From an uncultured Gemmatimonadales bacterium (GTDB lineage Bacteria; Gemmatimonadota; Gemmatimonadetes; Gemmatimonadales; Gemmatimonadaceae), in NCBI GenBank assembly GCA_963850905.1, contig CAWKMU010000004.1:192001-256000 (forward strand): 64,000 nucleotides of DNA, given 5' to 3'. Position 1 is the stretch's first letter, and each line of letters starts with the position of its first letter. Shown here in pieces: positions 38,374 through 48,212 of the stretch. The position numbers and the translations under genes were made by a program. The notes beneath the pieces are model-generated. The model was not told where the DNA came from, ran no database searches, and saw only the letters and a list, made by a program, of their open reading frames with translations.

Positions 38374-38489
38374 ATAAGAAACCTTATTGACAGAAGTGAT
38401 TGTCGAGCTAACAGCAGACAGCCTTTAAATTTACGTCCCGCGATCGAGCATCGTCAACGGGTACCGCTGGTCTGCGCCAACCGTGATGC

Positions 38490-39312
38490 TCAGGAGACAG
38501 GCGGCGCAGCCACTCGCGTGGACGTCCGCGCCCGCAGGACCGGCTCGAGTCCTGACCAAACCGTGGCCGCCACGATGCGCTCGCCTGTCACGTTGGGGTG
38601 CATCCCATCCGCCTGGTTGAGCGCCGGCTCGCCCGCGACGCCCCGCAGGAGAAACGGCAGCAGCGTCGCCCCCTGCGCCCGAGCCACCGCCGGATACAAG
38701 TCGTGAAAGGCACGCGTGTATCGCGGGACCGAGATTGGGCGGCGCCTCCATCTGCACGAGTAGGATCGCCGCCCGCGGATCTGCGCGCCGCACGGAATCG
38801 AGGATCGCGGCAATGTGCGCCTTGGTCGAATCGACATCGAGACCGCGAAGCCCGTCGTTGGCCCCGGTCTCCAACACGAACACGGCGACAGGCTGTCGCA
38901 GGAGCCACGACACGCGCCGGAGCGCGCCAGCCGACGTCTCGCCGCTCAACCCGGCATTGACGACGCGATACGGCAATCCGACGGAATCGACTTTGCGTTG
39001 CAGGAGCGCCGGGTAGGCCTGGTCGGGATCGAGGCCGAGACCCGCGGTCAGGCTCGTCCCGACGATCAGCACCGTGCCCCGGCTGGTTGACGCAGTCGAA
39101 TCCGTGCGCCGACTCAGCGCGCCGCTCTCCTGCGACGTACTTTGCGGGGTGGCCGCGGGCGGTTTGGCGTCGCTGGTGCAACCGGCGGCGACCACCGTCA
39201 GGTAGAGCGCGGCCGCGCCCGCGACGGCGCGCCGGCACAGCCTCGCGTTGCCGCGGCTGCCGTCGCGACCCGCGCTGCACCCCCATCGCCTCCGATCCGC
39301 TCCCTCTGTCAT
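38490..39312 (-). CDS. TesA-like SGNH arylesterase lipoprotein, apparent +1 frameshift at about 38726; start uncertain
   Basis: Lipobox AAGC, GTSLTAG, NAGLSGETS, ETGANDGLRG; next frame PFLL.GV, NQADGMHPN. Confidence 0.87.
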
Positions 39313-40018
39313 GCTTGTCGCTCGCGAATTGACCAAAGAATACCGGAGTGGCGACTCCATCCTCCGGGCACTCGACTCGGTGTCGTTCGAAATCCCGCAG
39401 GGCGCCTATGTCGCCATCGTCGGCGCCTCCGGAAGCGGCAAGACCACCTTGCTCGGCTTGCTCGCCGGACTCGACACCGCGACGCGAGGTACGGTCCTGA
39501 TCGACGGCGTCGACCTCGGCCCACTATCTGAGGATGCGCGGGCAAAGCTCCGCGGAGAAAAGGTAGGCTTCGTGTTCCAGAGCTTTCAACTCATCCCGAC
39601 GTTGACTGCGCTCGAGAATGTCGCCGTCCCGCTCGAGCTCCGCGGTGATGCCGACGCTGCCTCGCGCGGACGCGACCTGCTCGACCGAGTCGGGCTCGCC
39701 GCCCGGGCCGACCACTTCCCGGCGCAGCTGTCCGGAGGCGAGCAGCAACGCGTCGCCATCGCCCGGGCCTTCGCCAATCGTCCGCGCGTCCTCTTCGCCG
39801 ATGAGCCGACCGGCAATCTGGACGCCGCCACAGGCGCCCGCGTCATCGAGTTGCTGGAAGCGCTGAATCACGAGTCCGGATCGACCGTCATCATCGTGAG
39901 CCACGACCTCACCCTCGCCGCGCGGGCGGGACGCATCCTGCATCTCGATGATGGACGCATCGCGGCCGACACCCCGCGCGACCGCGCGAGCCGAGTGGTC
40001 GGCGGCGTCGCTTCGTGA
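39311..40018 (+). CDS. YbbA/LolD-like ABC ATPase
   Basis: [34 protein letters not shown]. Confidence 0.93.
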   Translation: MLVARELTKEYRSGDSILRALDSVSFEIPQGAYVAIVGASGSGKTTLLGLLAGLDTATRGTVLIDGVDLGPLSEDARAKLRGEKVGFVFQSFQLIPTLTALENVAVPLELRGDADAASRGRDLLDRVGLAARADHFPAQLSGGEQQRVAIARAFANRPRVLFADEPTGNLDAATGARVIELLEALNHESGSTVIIVSHDLTLAARAGRILHLDDGRIAADTPRDRASRVVGGVAS

Positions 40019-42642
40019 GTCCACGGCGCTGGCGCACGGTCGCCTCGCTCGCATGGCGGGAAGGCCGCACGATGCGGCGCCGCCTCCTGTTGTACATGTC
40101 ATCGATCGCCCTTGGTGCCGGCGCGCTCGTCGCCATCGACTCGTTCGCTGCCAACGTCGATGCATCGGTCCACGAAAGCTCCCGCGCACTGCTCGGGGGC
40201 GATCTCGCCTTCACGGCACGCTCACCAATGCGCGACGCCGCCGCGACCCTCATCGATTCCCTCGGCCGCGCAGGCGGGCGAACCGCCACGGTGACGACCT
40301 TTCCCTCCATGGCGAGCGTGCACCGTACAGGGCGCACTCGCCTCGCCCAGGTGCGGGCCGTGAGCGCGAGCTACCCGCTGGTCGGCCGCATCGAGACCGA
40401 GCCGTCCACCGCCTGGCCCCTGCTATCAGCCGGCGCTCGCACGATCGTGGACCCGTCGTTGCTCGCGACCCTCGACGCGCACGTGGGAGATTCGTTGACG
40501 TTGGGGTACGAGCGATTCGCGATCGTGGGGACGATCCGGGCCGTTCCAGGGGACGCAGGCCTCTCGGCCGCTATCGGGCCGCGCGTATTCATCCCGGATC
40601 GGGACCTCGCCGCCACACGGCTGCTCGTGTTTGGCAGTCGGGCGGACTACCGCACACTCGTCGCCCTGCCCCACCGCGGGACGCCTGATGCGCGGTGGTT
40701 GCGACGAGTACGTGGGCGACTCGAAGGCGTGCACGTGCGCCTGCAGACATCCGCTGACGCGGAGACCAACCTCACCAACGCAATCCAGCGACTGACGAAC
40801 TTCCTCGGCGTCATCGGAGTCGTCGCGCTCCTGCTGGGAGGCATCGGCGTCGCTAGCGGCATCGCGGCCTTCGTCGCGCAAAAGATCGACGTCGCCGCGA
40901 TTCTGCGCTGCCTCGGTGGAACCGAGCCGCAGGTATTGGCCATCTACGTGTCCCAGGCGGCGCTCATGGGCCTCCTCGGTGCAACGGTCGGAGCGGCGAT
41001 CGGCGTGTGCATCCAGTTCTTGTTGCCTTTCGCCGCCCGCGGACTGTTGCCAGTCGATCTGGATGTCACGCTGGTCCCACGTGCGGTCATGCACGGCCTG
41101 CTGATCGGCGTGTGGGTGTCGCTCCTCTTCGCACTGCGCCCGCTGCTCAGCCTGCGTCAGGTCTCACCGCTCCAGGCGCTGCGCCGCGATGTCGATGTCG
41201 CCGCGACACCGGCCGGCGCGCGCGCGCGCCGGGATCCCGCAGCCGCGACGGTGAGCGTGGCAATCGTCGCGACGGTCGTGTGGATCACGCTCTCGCGCTC
41301 GCCCACGATGCGGCTCGGCTTCGGCACGGCCGCCGGGATTCTCGGCGCCGTGGCGGTGCTGTGGCTCGCGGCCAGCGGGCTCACCACATTGGCCCGTCGC
41401 GTGGTACGCGCCCAGTGGCCCTATGTGGTCCGGCAGGGAATCGCCAATTTGCACCGCCCGGCCAATCAGACCCGCGCCGTAGTGGTTGCGCTGGGCTCCG
41501 GCGCGTTTCTCATCGGCACACTCTATCTCGTGCAGTCCGCGCTGCTCCGCGAGTTTGCGCGAACCACGCAGGCGTCCCGCGCAAACCTGCTGTTCTTCGA
41601 CGTCCAGCAGGACCAGGCAGAGGGCGTCGATTCGGCGATTCAGCATGCGGGATTTCAAGTCATCGAGCGAACGCCGATCGTCACGATGCGGATCGCCGCG
41701 ATTAACGGAGTCTCGGTCGCCCGCCCCGCGACGGATACGACAGACACCGCGGAGCACCTGGAGACTCGGCGCGCCAGAGCCGGTCGTGGCAATGCCGGCG
41801 CTCCGCGTCGCGCCCAGTGGGCACTCCGGCGCGAGTACCGCTCGACCTACCGCGATTCTCTCGTCGGGTCGGAACGCCTCGTGGGAGGCCGGTGGCCGCC
41901 GGCTGCATTGCCCAACGGAGACTCGCTGCCGGGCGTGTCGCTCGAGGACGGCGTGGCGCGCGAGCTCAGCATCGGGATCGGCGACACCATCACCTGGGAT
42001 GTCCAGGGAGTGTCGATTCGCACGCGCGTGGCGAGCTTGCGGTCCGTGGACTGGGGCCGCTTCGAGCCGAACTTCTTCGTCGTGTTCCCGTCACACGTGC
42101 TGGAGCGCGCCCCGCAACAGGATGTCATTCTCGCCAACGTCCCCAGTCCATCGGCGACGGCGACGCTGCAGCGCGACGTCGTCGACCGCTACCCGAATGT
42201 GTCGACCATCGACCTCTCGCTGATTCGCGACACGGTCAACCGGATCCTCGACAAAGTGACCATCGCGATCCGATTCCTCGCCCTGTTCGCGCTCGCCATG
42301 GGTTTCCCTGTGCTCGTGAGCGCCGTGGCCGCGACCGGACGCGCACGCGTGCGCGAAGGCGTCTTGCTCAAGATCCTGGGCGCCAGTCGAACCCAGGTCG
42401 GCCGCATCATGATTGCGGAGTACATCGCATTGGGGTGCCTGGCGAGTCTCGCAGGCATCGGCCTGTCTATCCCGGCGGCCTGGGGATTGGTCCACTTCAT
42501 GTTCGATTCACCATTTGCGCCGACGATCGTCCCTCTCTTTGTACTGGCGGCGGTGACGGCCGGATTGACCGTCGCGATCGGCGCGGCTGGCAGCCGGATG
42601 GTATTCGCCGAAACGCCCTTAGAGATGCTTCGGACAGAATAA
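40015..42642 (+). CDS. YbbP-like FtsX-family ABC permease
   Basis: SRALLGGDL, YPLVG, LLGGIGV, NLHRPANQT, NLLFFDVQ, PNFFVVF; GTGA coupling. Confidence 0.9.
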   Translation: MSPRRWRTVASLAWREGRTMRRRLLLYMSSIALGAGALVAIDSFAANVDASVHESSRALLGGDLAFTARSPMRDAAATLIDSLGRAGGRTATVTTFPSMASVHRTGRTRLAQVRAVSASYPLVGRIETEPSTAWPLLSAGARTIVDPSLLATLDAHVGDSLTLGYERFAIVGTIRAVPGDAGLSAAIGPRVFIPDRDLAATRLLVFGSRADYRTLVALPHRGTPDARWLRRVRGRLEGVHVRLQTSADAETNLTNAIQRLTNFLGVIGVVALLLGGIGVASGIAAFVAQKIDVAAILRCLGGTEPQVLAIYVSQAALMGLLGATVGAAIGVCIQFLLPFAARGLLPVDLDVTLVPRAVMHGLLIGVWVSLLFALRPLLSLRQVSPLQALRRDVDVAATPAGARARRDPAAATVSVAIVATVVWITLSRSPTMRLGFGTAAGILGAVAVLWLAASGLTTLARRVVRAQWPYVVRQGIANLHRPANQTRAVVVALGSGAFLIGTLYLVQSALLREFARTTQASRANLLFFDVQQDQAEGVDSAIQHAGFQVIERTPIVTMRIAAINGVSVARPATDTTDTAEHLETRRARAGRGNAGAPRRAQWALRREYRSTYRDSLVGSERLVGGRWPPAALPNGDSLPGVSLEDGVARELSIGIGDTITWDVQGVSIRTRVASLRSVDWGRFEPNFFVVFPSHVLERAPQQDVILANVPSPSATATLQRDVVDRYPNVSTIDLSLIRDTVNRILDKVTIAIRFLALFALAMGFPVLVSAVAATGRARVREGVLLKILGASRTQVGRIMIAEYIALGCLASLAGIGLSIPAAWGLVHFMFDSPFAPTIVPLFVLAAVTAGLTVAIGAAGSRMVFAETPLEMLRTE

Positions 42643-42709
42643 CCGACTCTGTCGGCCCCGTTTCCCGCCTGGCCGGCTGGGCGTCATCAGCCAGGAGGAA
42701 CACGTATCC

Positions 42710-44665
42710 ATGGCTGGCACTGTGACGCCCGACCCGGCGGCACCTACGATGACGTGGGAGCAGCACCATGAGGCCGGGCGCCGGCGCTTCGCCGAAGGGG
42801 ATGCGGCGGGCGCTGAGCAGGCTTTTCGTGCCGCCATCGCGCAAGCGGAGCAATCCGGCGGAGACCCGCTCCAGCGAGCGTCGAGCCTCAGTAGTCTGGG
42901 GCAGCTCAAGTATCAGCAGAAGGACTACAAGGGCGCCGAAGATTCCTTCCGCCAATCGCTCGAGCTTCGCGAAGCCGCGCTCGGTGCCGACCATCCCACC
43001 GTCATCAGTGGTATCAACAATCTGGCGGCGCTCTTCGTTGCGCGCGGTGCGCTCGACGAAGCCGAACCGCTGCTGCAGCGTGCGATGGCCGTCACCGTCA
43101 AACGCGTCGAGGCGACGCAGGCCGAGCTCGCGGTCAATTTGAACAATCTCGTGCGACTGTACGTGAAGCGCGGTGACTATACTCGCGCCGAACCATTGGT
43201 CGTGCGATTGCTTGCGTTGAAGCGGCCTCTCGGTCCCGAACACCCCGACGTCGCGGCGGTGCTCGTCACCCTGGCCAAGCTCCGACAGTCGATGGGCCAG
43301 TCCGACGCAGCAGAGCGGCTCTGGCGCCGAGTGCTCGCGGTGCGCCAGCGCACCCTCGCGCCGAACGACCAACTGTTGGCGTCCACCCTGGACGGGCTCG
43401 CGGATTCGTGCGCCGTGCAGGGGAAAACGGGCGAAGAGCTCTCTCTTCGCGAGCGCTCCCTTGCGGTGCGCAGCGCTGCCCAGGGGGCGGACAATCCGGT
43501 GCTCGAGCCGCACAAGGCGCGCATCGCCGCGCTGCGCCAGGCACTGACCACGGGGCGCGCGGCCACTCCAGCCAGTAACGCCCCCGCGGCCGGCGCGCCG
43601 CCGGCCGCGCCAAGAGGCACCGACGCGGGCATCGCGAGCGGCACGACGGGACTGACGGGCGTCATCCCGAACGTGATTCCTGAAGCGATGGCGTTGACTC
43701 GCGCAATGAACGAAAAGGCCGCCAAGGCCAATGAGCCCAGGCGGGAACCCACAACTGGTGCATCCACAAGCGCCATGAAGGGGACCCCCGCAGGCGGGGT
43801 GCCGCGCGGCTCGCGCCCGCCGGGCGCCACCGTCGCGCCAGCCGACAAGCCACGACCGACGCCAATTCCGGAGCTTCGTCGTCCGACACCCATCCCGGAG
43901 TTGGAAACGCAATCGGCCGCCGACAGTGCTGCACCGTCCGGCGCGCCGGAGGCGAACGGGGCCTCGACAGCCACCCCGGCACGTGAGCCACGCACCGTGC
44001 CGCCTGCCACGGGACCTGATGTCAAGTGGATCGAGCCGGCCAACGTCGTTCCGCCGCCTCCTCGCGCGCGTCCCAGCGCGGAATACACGCGGCCCAAGCT
44101 CAAAATGGGCGGGCAGTCACGGGTCAGCGGCGCGAGCACGAGCAACGGCCGATCGCCGCTATGGTACGCGGCGGCGGTCGCCCTTCTCGCGTGCGGCATC
44201 GCCGTGGCGCTCTACGCGCGTCATCGATGGGCCGGCGAGACGGTGTCGACATCCTCCGGGTCGGCGCACCCGCTCACGCACCACGCTCCACCGGGTGTGA
44301 CACGCGTGTCCCCTGCGGCATCGGGCGCCACAGCACCAGCGAACCAACCGCCGGATGCCGGGTCGGGCGTGGCCGGTGTCACGGCGACATCCGGCCCGTC
44401 GGCTGGAGAGCCGGAACCTGTCACCACCGCCGCGGAGCGAACCCAGGGCCCCAACGAGCCTGGCCCCCCCGCCCCCACGCCGGTCGCCTCACCCCCCGTG
44501 CGGATGTCTCCCCTTCCGCCAGCAGTGGCCAGGCCGGCAGTCACGCACCACGCACCACCCCCGCCCCGTCAGTCGCCCGATGCGCCGGTATCGCTTCCAA
44601 ACATCAACCTGGACGACGCAACCCGCGCGATTGACAGTTCTGTCAAGGCACGACATTCGCCGTGA
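42710..44665 (+). CDS. TPR protein (kinesin-light-chain-like repeats) with Pro/Ala-rich linker and one TM helix
   Basis: LGADHPTVISGINNLA, LNNLVRLY, LGPEHPDVA; TM LWYAAAVALLACGIAVALYA; AGGAGG RBS. Confidence 0.82.
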   Translation: MAGTVTPDPAAPTMTWEQHHEAGRRRFAEGDAAGAEQAFRAAIAQAEQSGGDPLQRASSLSSLGQLKYQQKDYKGAEDSFRQSLELREAALGADHPTVISGINNLAALFVARGALDEAEPLLQRAMAVTVKRVEATQAELAVNLNNLVRLYVKRGDYTRAEPLVVRLLALKRPLGPEHPDVAAVLVTLAKLRQSMGQSDAAERLWRRVLAVRQRTLAPNDQLLASTLDGLADSCAVQGKTGEELSLRERSLAVRSAAQGADNPVLEPHKARIAALRQALTTGRAATPASNAPAAGAPPAAPRGTDAGIASGTTGLTGVIPNVIPEAMALTRAMNEKAAKANEPRREPTTGASTSAMKGTPAGGVPRGSRPPGATVAPADKPRPTPIPELRRPTPIPELETQSAADSAAPSGAPEANGASTATPAREPRTVPPATGPDVKWIEPANVVPPPPRARPSAEYTRPKLKMGGQSRVSGASTSNGRSPLWYAAAVALLACGIAVALYARHRWAGETVSTSSGSAHPLTHHAPPGVTRVSPAASGATAPANQPPDAGSGVAGVTATSGPSAGEPEPVTTAAERTQGPNEPGPPAPTPVASPPVRMSPLPPAVARPAVTHHAPPPPRQSPDAPVSLPNINLDDATRAIDSSVKARHSP

Positions 44666-44845
44666 CTCCCTAAAGCGGCCGTGATTGCGGGGAGACATAT
44701 GTTTACCATATCTGATGTCGCGCACCTCATTGCCCGGTGTCGAGACCGAGCGTTTCTTTCGACAGGCCGGATCTTCTACTCGGTTGGAGTGGTCTAATGA
44801 TGGGGCTAGAGCGAGCTCATCAATAAAACAGCCCCCTGGCCTCTC

Positions 44846-45661
44846 ATGTCGCTGACCGACTTTCCGACGGTCCTGAACAACGACGCCTTCCTCGCTATCG
44901 GGGCGGGGATTGTCCTGATTGCGATCATCGTGATCGCCCTCCGGGGCATCAAGCGATGGCGGGCCGCGCGTGCGATTGAGCTCAATGATCCGCCGCCGCT
45001 GTTGATCCCGGTCGAGCGGCGTGGCAGTGCCCCGCCGCCACTCTATCCAACGCGCTTCGGACACGAACGACCAGGCGATGCGATGGGGGCGATCGGCGGC
45101 ACGGCGGCCACCCGCGGCCCTGCCGGCGGTGGCGGCGTCGCCTCCGCTGTCGGCCAGTTCGTCGGCACCGGGCCCGCCGTTGGGGCAACCGCGCGGAATG
45201 GACATGGATCCATCGCCGCAGCCGCAAGCGCCACCGAGGCGTCTTCGGAATTGGGCTCGACCGGCAAAACCAACGGCGGCACCGCCAGCAAAGTCGTGCA
45301 CACCATTCCGCCGATGGACGGCACGCTCCAGTTCTTGCCGGGCCGCCTCGAAGTCATCGACGGCGAGAACCCGGGGCGCGATGTGCGCTTCGTGCGGACG
45401 TGGGGCGAGGTCCCGGAGATCACGTTCGGACGCGTGAGCGGCCCGCCGTACCGCCATGTCCAGTTGCGCTCGCAGACCGTCAGCCGCCAACACGCGCGCA
45501 TGCACTACGTCGATGGTCGGTGGAAGTTGACGAATCTCTCGCAGACGAACCCCGTCGTGATCAACGGCGATGCGCTCGACAGCGCACATGGCAGCCACGT
45601 GCTCCGCGACGGCGACCAGATCGAGATGGGCGAGGTGGTATTCCGGTTCCGGGAGCGATAG
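44846..45661 (+). CDS. Membrane-anchored FHA-domain protein
   Basis: N-terminal TM; FHA motifs FGR, VSRQHA, SQTNPVVING, LRDGDQIEMG. Confidence 0.88.
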   Translation: MSLTDFPTVLNNDAFLAIGAGIVLIAIIVIALRGIKRWRAARAIELNDPPPLLIPVERRGSAPPPLYPTRFGHERPGDAMGAIGGTAATRGPAGGGGVASAVGQFVGTGPAVGATARNGHGSIAAAASATEASSELGSTGKTNGGTASKVVHTIPPMDGTLQFLPGRLEVIDGENPGRDVRFVRTWGEVPEITFGRVSGPPYRHVQLRSQTVSRQHARMHYVDGRWKLTNLSQTNPVVINGDALDSAHGSHVLRDGDQIEMGEVVFRFRER

Positions 45662-45665
45662 CGCC

Positions 45666-48212
45666 GTGGAACAGGAGGCGGCGCTTCTCGAAATACGGGA
45701 GCTGGAATCCGAGTACGAAATCCTCGGAGAATTGGGACGCGGCGGCATGGCCGTCGTGTACCTCGCGCGCGATCGCCAATTGGGACGCCAGGTGGCCATC
45801 AAGGTCATCCACGCCGCGGCCGGTGTGGATGAATCGTCGGTCGCTCGCCAACTCGTCGAGGCGCGCACGGTCGCGCAGCTCCAGCATCCCAACGTCGTGG
45901 CCATGTACGCGGTCAAGCGCTTGTCGACGCTCGGCCTCGCCCTCGTCATGCAATACATCCCGGGCCGCACGTTGGAACGCGCCATGCGCGAGGACGGCCA
46001 CTTCACGCCGGAACGAACCGAAGCGGTCTTGATCGACGTGGCCGCCGCGCTCTCCTATGCGCACGCCCGAGGCGTCATCCATCGAGACATCAAACCGGAC
46101 AACATCTTCCTGAACGACGAGACGGGACGCGCGCTCGTCTCCGACTTCGGCATCGCGTTGTCGGCAGAAGACCTCCGAGAGCAGTCCAACGACGTCATCG
46201 TCGGCACGCCCGCCTACATGTCGCCCGAGCAGATCGACGGCCTCGAGCTCGACGGGCGGAGCGACGTGTTCAGCCTGGGACTCATCGGATACGAAATGCT
46301 CGCCGGCGTACGGCCGTGGGTCGAAGAGAACATCTCCGACGTGATGTATCGGCAGAAGTTCGAGATGTTGCCGCCCTTGGCCAACGCACGGCCAGAAGTC
46401 CCGGATCGGCTCCGCGTCGCCATCGAGCGGGCCCTCGCCAAGTCGCGCGACGAGCGCTGGCCGGGCGCCGGTGGATTCCTCGGCGCGCTGACGGATGATG
46501 AGTGGGTGCCGGACGAGCGCGACGTGCCGACCCGCTCGCTCACACCAAACCGGATCGCGGCACATCTCGGTGCACGCCCGGTGACCGGGCCCTCGGCAGG
46601 CGGAACGCCCCTCGAAACGGTCCAGTATCGGCGCGATGGGTTGTCAACCCCGCGCCGCGGCGCGCTCGCGCATCGCGGCGCATCGCGGCGCGCGCGACGA
46701 GCGCTCGTGATTGGCCTGCCAGCCGTGCTGGTGGCGGCCGGCGCCGCCGCGACCGTCGCGATGCACCCCGAGCTCCTCGCCCGGTACGGTCTCCTTCCAG
46801 GATCGGGGAGGGACAGCGTGGCGCGAGTCAATGCGGCGACGATCGCTGCCTTGCGTGACTCGAACGCACGCGCCATCGCAGCTGCCGAAGTCGCGCGGCA
46901 CGCGGCCGACAGTGCCGCCAACGCGGCGGTGTCGAGCGCCGACTCGGCCGCGGCGCTCCGCCTCGCCGCGATCCGCGACTCCCTCTCAAAGGCCGCCGCC
47001 GACGCGAAGAAAGCCCTCGCCGTGCCCGTGAGCAATGCAGCGACGCCGGCGGCAACGCGATCACGTGCCCAGACTGACTCTGCCCTCGTCGCTGCGCGTC
47101 GCGATAGCGTCGCGGCAGCGCCGCCAGCCCCGCCGCCGCCTGAGCCGATTCACCCGCCAAGCGCACCCACGCTGGTCGCTGGAGGAAGCCACAGCTGCGC
47201 GCTCGCCAACGATGGATCCGTCTTGTGTTGGGGAGCCAACGATCGCGGGCAGCTGGGCGTGGGTGGCTCCGCCCGCAAGGCCACACCGACACGCATCACC
47301 GCCGACGTGCCGTTCGAGCAGGTCGCGGCCGGGATGGCCGACGCGTGTGCGGTCGCCCGCTCAGGCGCCGGCTACTGCTGGGGTGACAACACGTATGGAC
47401 AGCTCGGCGACTCGGGTGCGGGGCCGCAGCCGACGCCAACCCGGGTCTCGGGCGGTCATACCTTTCGCGCGATCGCCACGGGCACGACACACAGCTGTGG
47501 GCTCACATCGACCGGCGACGTGTGGTGCTGGGGGCGAAATCTCTACGGAGAGCTGGGCAACGGCAGCACGCAGGACCAGGCGACGCCTGTCCGCGTGGAG
47601 GGAGGCATCCGCTTCGTTGCCCTGACTGTCGGGTGGAATCACTCCTGCGCGCTCGACGACGTTGGTCACGCGTTCTGTTGGGGCCAGAACAACGCCGGCC
47701 AACTCGGTGACGGGACGACGATCGTCCGCGCGGCGCCGGCCGCGGTCGGTGGCGGCCTGCTCTTCCGCGCGATCGCAGCGGGCGGGTCTCACACCTGCGC
47801 GGTCACGACGAGCGGAGAAGCGTACTGTTGGGGACGAAATGCCGCGGGCCAACTCGGCACCGGCGACGGCCACGAACACCCGCTCCCCGCCAAAGTGAAT
47901 AGCAGCCTGACGTTCACTGCTGTCGCGGCGGGCGGCGTGCACAGTTGCGCGCTCGCGACGACGGGGGAAGCCTGGTGTTGGGGACGAAACAGCTACGGAC
48001 AGCTCGGTGATGGCACGACGACCGATCGCTCGGCGCCGGTCAAAGTGCTCGACGGCCTCTCCTACTCCGCCATTCACGCAAGCGGAGCACATACCTGTGC
48101 CACCGCCACCGGCGGCAGCATGTACTGCTGGGGCGACAACAGCGACGGCCAGCTGGGGGATGGAAGCACGACCGACAGGTCGGAGCCAGTCCCGGTCAGC
48201 GGCACACGATGA
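45666..48212 (+). CDS. Hanks-type Ser/Thr kinase with TM helix and 7-repeat RCC1-like propeller
   Basis: GRGGMAVVY, VAIK, HRDIKPDN, DFG, GTPAYMSPEQ; TM; seven CWGxN..G[QE]LG repeats. Confidence 0.93.
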   Translation: MEQEAALLEIRELESEYEILGELGRGGMAVVYLARDRQLGRQVAIKVIHAAAGVDESSVARQLVEARTVAQLQHPNVVAMYAVKRLSTLGLALVMQYIPGRTLERAMREDGHFTPERTEAVLIDVAAALSYAHARGVIHRDIKPDNIFLNDETGRALVSDFGIALSAEDLREQSNDVIVGTPAYMSPEQIDGLELDGRSDVFSLGLIGYEMLAGVRPWVEENISDVMYRQKFEMLPPLANARPEVPDRLRVAIERALAKSRDERWPGAGGFLGALTDDEWVPDERDVPTRSLTPNRIAAHLGARPVTGPSAGGTPLETVQYRRDGLSTPRRGALAHRGASRRARRALVIGLPAVLVAAGAAATVAMHPELLARYGLLPGSGRDSVARVNAATIAALRDSNARAIAAAEVARHAADSAANAAVSSADSAAALRLAAIRDSLSKAAADAKKALAVPVSNAATPAATRSRAQTDSALVAARRDSVAAAPPAPPPPEPIHPPSAPTLVAGGSHSCALANDGSVLCWGANDRGQLGVGGSARKATPTRITADVPFEQVAAGMADACAVARSGAGYCWGDNTYGQLGDSGAGPQPTPTRVSGGHTFRAIATGTTHSCGLTSTGDVWCWGRNLYGELGNGSTQDQATPVRVEGGIRFVALTVGWNHSCALDDVGHAFCWGQNNAGQLGDGTTIVRAAPAAVGGGLLFRAIAAGGSHTCAVTTSGEAYCWGRNAAGQLGTGDGHEHPLPAKVNSSLTFTAVAAGGVHSCALATTGEAWCWGRNSYGQLGDGTTTDRSAPVKVLDGLSYSAIHASGAHTCATATGGSMYCWGDNSDGQLGDGSTTDRSEPVPVSGTR

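Noticed and set aside
38387..38415. Plus-strand TTGACA as an antisense promoter
   Set aside because: No adequate -10 at 16-18 nt spacing.
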